A stretch of 64,000 nucleotides of DNA from Candidatus Poseidoniaceae archaeon (GTDB lineage: Archaea; Thermoplasmatota; Poseidoniia; Poseidoniales; Poseidoniaceae), in contig JASLKC010000026.1 in NCBI GenBank assembly GCA_030747785.1, positions 68,967-132,966 of the forward strand, in the 5' to 3' direction. Under the pieces are notes generated by a model. That model was not told the DNA's origin, made no database searches, and worked only from the letters and a program-made list of their open reading frames with translations. Position 1 is the first letter of the stretch. The number at the start of each line of letters is the position of its first letter. Shown here piece after piece: positions 57,454-64,000 of this stretch. Made by a program: the position numbers and the translations under genes.

Positions 57454-60400
57454 GTCATCAAGACTCAACATTGTAGGGATTGCTTCCTGTACTGCAGCTT
57501 CTTGTTGTTGCTGATGTTGTTTCCACTGTGGTACTTCAGCAGGTTGAACCCAACCTAAGCCCTTTGCAGATTCAAAATCACCTTGAGCGACATAATGGTC
57601 AATCCATTCCAGCCGGCGCGCTTCCTCTTCTTCGAATGCTGCGGCAACCTTCATTTCTTCAAGACGATTGAATCCTGCTTTACGCTTTCCAGCTTGCTTT
57701 GCCATCATCGCTACCATGATGATTGCCAGTAAGAATACAATCAGGCCACCTAAGACCATTAATTCTAATGGAATGCCACTTTCTACTGCTGCACCGGTAT
57801 AATCCTCATCAACATCATTTGGAATACCATCGCCATCGTGATCATTTGCAACTGCGCCACATTTGACCTGGCCAGTGATTCCCAACCAAACAGTAGGGTC
57901 ATATGGACAAGGGTCTGTTGCATCGCTTACTCCATCCGAGTCATAATCGGGGCATCCAAAGTAGTCAATTGTAGAGGTGCCATATGCTAATCCACACTCA
58001 TCGGGCTGCCAAGCGCCTTCAGTGAAATTGTCGCCGAATCCGTCACCATCACTGTCCGCTTTCTGGCTAAACCTCAATGGGAAAGCATCAGGCAAACGTC
58101 CTGTACCATTGTCGCCGAAGCCATCACCATCCATGTCTGACCATTGACTAGGGTCATCAGGGAATGCATCTCCCCACTGTGCCCTAAATGTGAGCATGTT
58201 GCCAAAGTCTTCTTCGTCGGCGATAGTTTCGTTAGTCCATCCGTAATTATCGCCCCAACCATCGCCATCGGTGTCAACCCACTGCTTGGGGTCATCAGGG
58301 AATGCATCGTCTTCATCAGCCCACGAATCTCCATCACTATCAGGACATCCTTGGCGAGAATTATTGGTTGATGTACCATATGTGTCAGGACACTCATCAC
58401 CATTTGGTACTGCTTGGTTATCCCCAAATCCATCATTATCTCCATCGGTCTGCTGATAGAAGTCTTCAGGGAATGCATCAAATGGGTCTACAACGCCATC
58501 ATTGTCAGTATCAGGGCAACCTCTTGCTTCTGGATGAGTAGATGTGCCATACAATTCTGGACACTGGTCGCCGTTATTTCCTTCGGCATTATCGCCATAA
58601 CCATCACCATCAAAATCACTCCATTGTGTGGGGTCATTAGGGAAGAAATCTCCATTTGGAATTACTGGCCTGTCTCCCCATCCATCGCCATCGGAATCTT
58701 CCCATTGGCTAGGGTCATCAGGGAATGCATCAGGGTTGTTTCCATCTTGGTTATCTCCATAACCATCACCATCTGAATCTGCCCACTGAGTTGGATCGTG
58801 GACGAACGGGTCTCCTGAGTTTGAGTATCCATCACCGTCTTCATCAGGGCATCCAACTCTGTCTACGCTAGAGGTTCCATAATCTCCCGGACAATCATCG
58901 GGCGCATTGCCAGTTAAATTATCTCCAAACCCATCACCATCGGAATCTCTCCATTGAGTAGGGTCGTCGGGGAATGCATCAGCATCACCATTGGGGTGAG
59001 CAGGATTTGTAGGATCTGGATTCGACCAACCGTCACCATCTGAGTCAGGGCATCCCAATCTATCTTCCATTGATACCCCGTAAGCATTGGGGCATCCATC
59101 ACTACGTGGAGTATTGGGCTCATCTCCAACCCAATCCCCGTCAGAATCTGCCCACTGATAGCGGTCTAGAGGAAAGACGTCGACTTGTAGAGCTGCGGCA
59201 TCGTATGCACCAGGCCATTCAGCCGGTCGGAAAGAAGTCCAAGAAGAGTCGTGGAAATTATCGCCCCAACCATCTCCATCAGTATCATTCCATTGAGTTG
59301 CTTCCATTGGGAAAGCATCTCCGTTTTGATTGATGTGGAATTCTGTAAAGGGCTCAACATCGTAGATGTAATTGTCTCCACGGCCATCACCATCTGAATC
59401 TACCCATTGTGTGTGGTCGGTAGGGAATTCGTCTCCAGTGTTAGAATAACCGTCCCCATCGCCGTCAGGGCAGCCAAATCGGTCTTGCCAAGAAGTTCCA
59501 TAGGTGTTTGGACAATCATCGCCTTGATTAGCAGGAAGAGGATTATCTCCAAATCCATCACTATCCGTATCATTCCATTGACTGCCATCTTCAGGGAATG
59601 CATCATCTTGATTCAATACACCATCGTTATCGATATCGGGATCAACGGTCCAATGATAAATTCCTTCATCGTTTCTTCCATGAGCCGAGATAATGTACAT
59701 TCCATTCGGATGCCAATCTAATCCATATATCGAGCCACAATTATTGCTTCCACCGCTGCTAGTACAACCTCCAGGTCGTGGTGCGGCTAAGGTGTCAACA
59801 ATAGTTGCAGTAGTGTCATGGGTCTTGAAGACCCGAATAGAAGCACCGTCTGACTGATAGTAAGTATGGGCTGCTGCTACTTGGGTGGAATCTGGAGAAA
59901 ATTCAACATCATTACAAGAAGTTGAGGTGGAATAAACCCATCTTTCAGCCATTGAATGGTAATCAATCATTCTGATTCGAGCCCCAGAACTTTCCCAAGA
60001 TTCACATACAGCAATTGAATTCCCATCTGGAGACCAAGCAATAGCACTAATAGAGCCTCTATTGGTATTACGAGTTGCATTTTGAGTCCAAGTATCGGTT
60101 TCATAAACCCAAATATCTTCATCGCCACCAATTACAATCTTGCTCCCATCGGGGCTCCAATCAACTGATTCAAATCGGTCTTCTCCCCCTGGAGAAAATG
60201 AGATTACTTCGGTGCCATTTGAAGAATGATATATCTGCACTTCACCGTTTGTACCGCCATTGCCTGAACGCCCAATCACTACTGCAATCATCGAACCATC
60301 TGGGCTATAATCAAGTTCCTTTGCTTGGTCACCACTTCCAACATCGACACTGACTGTGAATAATTCAGTAAAATTGCTAGAGTAATATACCATTAACTGG

Positions 60401-60858
60401 TCATTACCATTGACTGCTCCAACAAACATTCCATCAGGAGACCAAGCGATATCTGAGAGTCCAGAAACTCCGACTGAACCAACATTTACTCGCATAGTAG
60501 TATTCCAAATTCTCATGTAATCTCCATCAGATGTCAAGTAGTATTCTCCATTATCACTGAATAAGGATACATAAAAATCATCATTGCTTGCTTGACGTGC
60601 AAGTTGCGCAAATCCTCCGTTCTGAATTGTCCAAGGATCGTTTTTGTCACTAGTGCCATCACCATCCTTGTCAGGACATCCGGTTCTGTCAACAGTGCTG
60701 CTTCCTGCCGCCACTGGGCAATCGTCTAAGGAGTCATCAACTCCATCGCCATCAGTATCGCCAGCTGATACTATCGGAAGTGATAGCATTAGCAACATTA
60801 GGAGAGAGATTCCAATAGCGGCCCGTGCCCCCTTTGTGCTTTGGCGGCTTTGGAGCAT
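57445..60858 (-). CDS. Giant secreted, C-terminally anchored protein: TolB/PD40-like beta-propeller plus long array of TSP3-like calcium-binding repeats
   Basis: Signal peptide (MLQSRQSTKGARAAIGISLLMLLMLSLPIVSA, second ATG at 60858). It has repeated WSPDG units and more than 20 DSDGDG.GDN / CPD.DGDG repeats. A TM (LMVLGGLIVFLLAIIMVAMMA) and a helical cytoplasmic tail follow. Confidence 0.8.
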   Translation of the reverse strand: MLQSRQSTKGARAAIGISLLMLLMLSLPIVSAGDTDGDGVDDSLDDCPVAAGSSTVDRTGCPDKDGDGTSDKNDPWTIQNGGFAQLARQASNDDFYVSLFSDNGEYYLTSDGDYMRIWNTTMRVNVGSVGVSGLSDIAWSPDGMFVGAVNGNDQLMVYYSSNFTELFTVSVDVGSGDQAKELDYSPDGSMIAVVIGRSGNGGTNGEVQIYHSSNGTEVISFSPGGEDRFESVDWSPDGSKIVIGGDEDIWVYETDTWTQNATRNTNRGSISAIAWSPDGNSIAVCESWESSGARIRMIDYHSMAERWVYSTSTSCNDVEFSPDSTQVAAAHTYYQSDGASIRVFKTHDTTATIVDTLAAPRPGGCTSSGGSNNCGSIYGLDWHPNGMYIISAHGRNDEGIYHWTVDPDIDNDGVLNQDDAFPEDGSQWNDTDSDGFGDNPLPANQGDDCPNTYGTSWQDRFGCPDGDGDGYSNTGDEFPTDHTQWVDSDGDGRGDNYIYDVEPFTEFHINQNGDAFPMEATQWNDTDGDGWGDNFHDSSWTSFRPAEWPGAYDAAALQVDVFPLDRYQWADSDGDWVGDEPNTPRSDGCPNAYGVSMEDRLGCPDSDGDGWSNPDPTNPAHPNGDADAFPDDPTQWRDSDGDGFGDNLTGNAPDDCPGDYGTSSVDRVGCPDEDGDGYSNSGDPFVHDPTQWADSDGDGYGDNQDGNNPDAFPDDPSQWEDSDGDGWGDRPVIPNGDFFPNDPTQWSDFDGDGYGDNAEGNNGDQCPELYGTSTHPEARGCPDTDNDGVVDPFDAFPEDFYQQTDGDNDGFGDNQAVPNGDECPDTYGTSTNNSRQGCPDSDGDSWADEDDAFPDDPKQWVDTDGDGWGDNYGWTNETIADEEDFGNMLTFRAQWGDAFPDDPSQWSDMDGDGFGDNGTGRLPDAFPLRFSQKADSDGDGFGDNFTEGAWQPDECGLAYGTSTIDYFGCPDYDSDGVSDATDPCPYDPTVWLGITGQVKCGAVANDHDGDGIPNDVDEDYTGAAVESGIPLELMVLGGLIVFLLAIIMVAMMAKQAGKRKAGFNRLEEMKVAAAFEEEEARRLEWIDHYVAQGDFESAKGLGWVQPAEVPQWKQHQQQQEAAVQEAIPTMLSLDDLL

Positions 60859-60961
60859 GAAAGCGGGTACATGTCCCCCCAAAAGGTGTTGCGGTCTAGA
60901 TGTGCGCTACAATCCTACACGAAATGGAAGCGTTGAAGGCGACAACACTCCACCCAAAGGC

Positions 60962-62518
60962 GTGGCCGGAGACCTTCCCAAGGTGAATATCGCGGTCAAA
61001 GACCGAATTCTTCTTCACCTTCAGGAGGAAGATTATCAAGCGGATAGATTTGTTGTAACTGCTGCATTAACGCGCCCCGGTATTGCAGAGGCGTGCGCCC
61101 AACATCCACCAAATGTATCTAGAGCAATGAGGGTCTTATTACGAGACCGAATGGTAAGTGAACATTCCCGTTCAATCAAAGGCGATGAACGCCGGCAGAA
61201 AACATGGCAACTTACCGATAATGGACGGGTTGAAGCGAAATCGCGGTCCGAAGAACTTGGCACAGTCAAGGTATTACTGAGAGACGCCAAAGGCACCCTA
61301 CTAGAAGTCAAAGCAAGCGAGGCTTCAGAAAGGCTCGAGGCCGAACTAACTCTTCTCCAAATTCTACTTCATGTTCAACACGAGGGCGTTTTAACCTACG
61401 GCGATATCAGATTTGGGCCCATTAAGAAATCTAAATCTGATGAAGAACAAGACATTCCTCCTCCGGGCAGACTTACTCTATTGGCAGGAGCTCATGCAAC
61501 CTATCACACCAGCCCGCCTAAGACCCGTCCAGTACATGGGCGGGAAGAGGCAACGAATACCTTAGAGGAATGGTTCAGTGAACGCAGACCTTGTGCAGTT
61601 GTTCATGGCATTGCAGGAATTGGGAAATCAACATTAGTTGCAAACTGGTTGGCCGAACACATGGTGGAAGAACCCCACCTTTCGGTATGCTGGTACCCCT
61701 GTCAGCCATGGGATAGGCCCGTAGGTTTGGCGGTATCTATCTTGCACAGATTTGGTGTTGATGACCGTCATGACCCATATCAATTGATGATGACTTTACC
61801 ATTATCTCCAGGTGCCGAATTTGATGTTGATGCATGGCGTAGAAGGCTGTTAGCATATCTTACCGATGCAACAGCGATTCGAGAGCGTTTCCAAAATGAG
61901 CCTGGTGGACCTCCTCCATATTGGCTGATTGTACTTGACGACGTTCATCATATTCTCGAAGGCGCAAGGGACTTACTCGGCGCTTTGCTTGATATTTCTA
62001 CTAAAGCGCCGTTGCGATTGCTATTCATTTCTAGAAGCACTTTAGATATCTATGATAGAAGAGATGTTCACACCCGAGAAGTAGTGAAGGAATTACCACT
62101 CAAGGGATTATCACTTGATGAGATTACTTCGTGGGTTGGAGAAATGAATGAAAGCGCGCCTTCTCCAGAAGAGGTACATCGTCTAACAGGAGGGCACCCA
62201 CTCGCTCTTGAATTACTCGAAATTTATGGTCAAACAACCCATGGGGATTGGCTCAGATTCCTCGATGAAGAAATTATTACTCATATGCCAGAAGAAGAAA
62301 GGGAACTCCTTTCGACCCTTGCAGTTGCAGACAAACCGATTCCATGGGAGAAATTGGCAAATGCTGTAGGTTGGGACGGCAAGCCTCCGGAACGCTTGCT
62401 TTCTTACGGCTTGCTACTTGATCTCGAAGAGGGCATGTGGTTACACGATGCTCTAAGAGAGAGATTGCTTAGAGACGTTGGAACTAATGCGCAGAAACGG
62501 CGCGAAAGTATTGCTTGA
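60962..62518 (+). CDS. wHTH plus STAND/AAA-type P-loop ATPase, putative regulator
   Basis: N-terminal wHTH-like region (KDRILLHLQEE...PGIAEACAQHPPNVSRAMRVLLRDRMV), Walker A VVHGIAGIGKSTLV and Walker B WLIVLDDVHH, then a helical C-terminal domain. The start is uncertain: GTG 60962 is proposed because the track start lies antisense inside the neighbouring gene. Confidence 0.55.
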   Translation: MAGDLPKVNIAVKDRILLHLQEEDYQADRFVVTAALTRPGIAEACAQHPPNVSRAMRVLLRDRMVSEHSRSIKGDERRQKTWQLTDNGRVEAKSRSEELGTVKVLLRDAKGTLLEVKASEASERLEAELTLLQILLHVQHEGVLTYGDIRFGPIKKSKSDEEQDIPPPGRLTLLAGAHATYHTSPPKTRPVHGREEATNTLEEWFSERRPCAVVHGIAGIGKSTLVANWLAEHMVEEPHLSVCWYPCQPWDRPVGLAVSILHRFGVDDRHDPYQLMMTLPLSPGAEFDVDAWRRRLLAYLTDATAIRERFQNEPGGPPPYWLIVLDDVHHILEGARDLLGALLDISTKAPLRLLFISRSTLDIYDRRDVHTREVVKELPLKGLSLDEITSWVGEMNESAPSPEEVHRLTGGHPLALELLEIYGQTTHGDWLRFLDEEIITHMPEEERELLSTLAVADKPIPWEKLANAVGWDGKPPERLLSYGLLLDLEEGMWLHDALRERLLRDVGTNAQKRRESIA

Positions 62519-62520
62519 CT

Positions 62521-62850
62521 TCAGAAGTCATCTGCAGTCATATGCTGGTTTAGCCATGACAATAGAGCAGGCTTGGGAACCATGCCTGCTTGGTTTGCGA
62601 CTAACTCTCCATTGTGGAAAAGGAAAAGTGCAGGGATTCCACGAACTCCAAGGCGTGCTGCATTCATTGAATCGGTATCGGTGTTAACCTTTGCAATAGT
62701 GACTGGCATTTCCGCAGCAACTTGTTCAAGAACTGGACCTAGAGCTTTACATGGACCGCACCATGGTGCCCAGAAATCCACAAGAACCCATTCGTCACCA
62801 CTAGTTACCGCATTGAAATCCGCATCGGATACTGCTTTTACTTCACCCAT
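62521..62850 (-). CDS. trxA: Thioredoxin
   Basis: VLVDFWAPWCGPCK active site. 109 aa. Confidence 0.9.
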   Translation of the reverse strand: MGEVKAVSDADFNAVTSGDEWVLVDFWAPWCGPCKALGPVLEQVAAEMPVTIAKVNTDTDSMNAARLGVRGIPALFLFHNGELVANQAGMVPKPALLSWLNQHMTADDF

Positions 62851-62944
62851 ATTTGCACCTGAGGGCCGCTCAGGACAGTCTCATATGAGGGTTTGCTTAA
62901 CGGGAATGCTCATCACACTCCGGCCTCTGGCCCAACCATAGGGG

Positions 62945-63622
62945 ATGCACATGATCATCGCACCTTCCGTTCTAACCGCCGATCTTGCGGACCTCGGAAA
63001 TGCATGCCGCGAGGCTGTTGATGCAGGAATTAACTGGATGCACCTCGACATAATGGATGGCAATTTCGTACCTAACTTGACATTCGGCCCACCCGTAATT
63101 GCCAAATTACGCGAAGCGCTTGGCGACGGACCAATTTTTGATGCACATCTAATGATTGAAAATGCCGAAGAGAGTTTTCAGCAATACATCGATGCCGGAT
63201 GCAATCATATCAGTGTTCATGTAGAAGCAGTCACACATCTACATCGATGTGTAGCAGCAATTCGCGAAGGAGGAGCTACTGCAGGTGTGACAATCAATCC
63301 AGGAACTCCAATCGATGCAGTGCTCGAAGTACTAACCGAGATAGATCTCGTATTGGTGATGAGCGTAAACCCCGGCTATGGAGGTCAATCATTCATCCCA
63401 ACAGTTGAGGGTAAAGTCCGTCGACTAAAGGAGGCAATAGATGCTCAAGTTGCTGCTGGTGGAAGACCAGTTCAGATTCAAATTGATGGTGGCGTTAAAG
63501 CCCACAACATCGCAATGCTAAGAGAATGGGGAGCGAGCAATTGTGTAGTCGGCTCAGGATTATTCAACGATTCAGCCAGCGTTGCAGACAATCTAGCAAT
63601 TATCCATTCAGCACTTGAGTGA
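62945..63622 (+). CDS. rpe: Ribulose-phosphate 3-epimerase
   Basis: IAPSVLTADLADLG..., HLDIMDGNFVPN, MSVNPGYGGQSFI and QIDGGV motifs. Confidence 0.85.
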   Translation: MHMIIAPSVLTADLADLGNACREAVDAGINWMHLDIMDGNFVPNLTFGPPVIAKLREALGDGPIFDAHLMIENAEESFQQYIDAGCNHISVHVEAVTHLHRCVAAIREGGATAGVTINPGTPIDAVLEVLTEIDLVLVMSVNPGYGGQSFIPTVEGKVRRLKEAIDAQVAAGGRPVQIQIDGGVKAHNIAMLREWGASNCVVGSGLFNDSASVADNLAIIHSALE

Positions 63623-63628
63623 TGCACA

Positions 63629-64000
63629 ATGCGCATCTTGCTGGTGACCCGGCTCTTCCCTTTGCCAACCAATGTTGCGCGTGGTACATTTGTCGCAGAT
63701 CATGCCGAACTACTCACCGAAATGGGCCATGAAGTACAGATTCTCAATGCGCTTCCACGAATGCTACGAATGAATGAGGCACGTCGTTCAACTATGGAAG
63801 GAGTTACCAGGGCACCTAGAAATTTTGAGCACGGTGAACTCAAGGTAAGAGTATCTCGCCATTTGGAATTACCAGAATTCCCTAGTATTACTGCATGGAG
63901 CGCTTCTAGAATTAAATTTAATTGGAAACCAGATGTAATCATCTGCCATACATTGTGGCCTGTAGCATATACTGCCCAAGCCTTAGCCAAGCGTTTCGGC
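63629..64000 (+). CDS. Glycosyltransferase family 4-like protein (N-terminal part, runs off window)
   Basis: Not in the track because there is no stop before the window end. My translation from ATG 63629 is MRILLVTRLFPLPTNVARGTFVADHAELLTEMGHEVQILN..., typical of a GT4/GT-B N-terminal domain and open through 64000. Confidence 0.55.
   Translation, partial: MRILLVTRLFPLPTNVARGTFVADHAELLTEMGHEVQILNALPRMLRMNEARRSTMEGVTRAPRNFEHGELKVRVSRHLELPEFPSITAWSASRIKFNWKPDVIICHTLWPVAYTAQALAKRFG

Noticed and set aside
58074-59721. Numerous 60-135 aa ORFs on both strands inside the 57445..60858 gene (and similar ones in 49990-50520 and 21462-22049)
   Set aside because: They are nested in long, well-supported genes with coherent domain structure. 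They arise from the periodic Asp/Gly codon repeats, and their products are low complexity (H/M/T-rich).
63700-63990. 96-aa minus-strand ORF at the window end
   Set aside because: The opposite strand carries an open frame from ATG 63629 to the window edge with a convincing GT4 glycosyltransferase N-terminus. The minus ORF is its antisense shadow.
1-64000. Mobile elements, prophage, CRISPR-Cas, restriction-modification or toxin-antitoxin islands
   Set aside because: I found no transposase, integrase, Cas, phage structural or obvious TA gene products. There are no direct-repeat/spacer arrays and no flanking tRNA or att-like repeats. The window reads as core chromosome, apart from the surface-protein genes and the RNA candidate.

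Overview
Dense archaeal chromosomal segment of about 60 genes on both strands. Archaeal hallmarks are the DNA polymerase II (PolD) large subunit, primase large subunit PriL, the S13-S4-S11-RpoD cluster, archaeal-type phosphopantothenate synthetase, a DUF373 membrane protein and an MptE-like kinase. These sit among central metabolism genes (GcvH, IDH/IPMDH-family dehydrogenase, NadC, class II fumarase, ATP-dependent PEP carboxykinase, PyrE, Rpe, thioredoxin, cyclophilin, HflX, exonuclease III, LeuRS) and sugar-nucleotide/envelope genes. There are also three giant secreted, C-terminally anchored proteins full of thrombospondin-type-3-like DxDxDG calcium-binding repeats, and a polytopic membrane protein of over 1200 aa. 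The gene content suggests a planktonic euryarchaeote of the marine group II type, but that is inference only. I recognise no rRNA, tRNA, CRISPR array, transposase or integrase. The stand-out is about 0.9 kb (roughly 16.14-17.05 kb) between two convergent genes. It is GC-rich, has no credible ORF, and on the + strand is packed with UUCG-tetraloop hairpins, a duplicated module with a compensatory stem change, and repeated GGGAAG linkers. I interpret it as a large structured non-coding RNA that I cannot assign to RNase P, SRP or any family I know. Secondary curiosities: a membrane-anchored protein with two cytoplasmic winged-helix domains, a decayed glutaredoxin-like gene, a triple GTACGGT palindrome upstream of a giant surface-protein gene, a bacterial-type LeuRS, a TPD-motif PD-(D/E)xK nuclease-like protein, and a wHTH-STAND ATPase. 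Many start codons were moved relative to the ORF track and are approximate.
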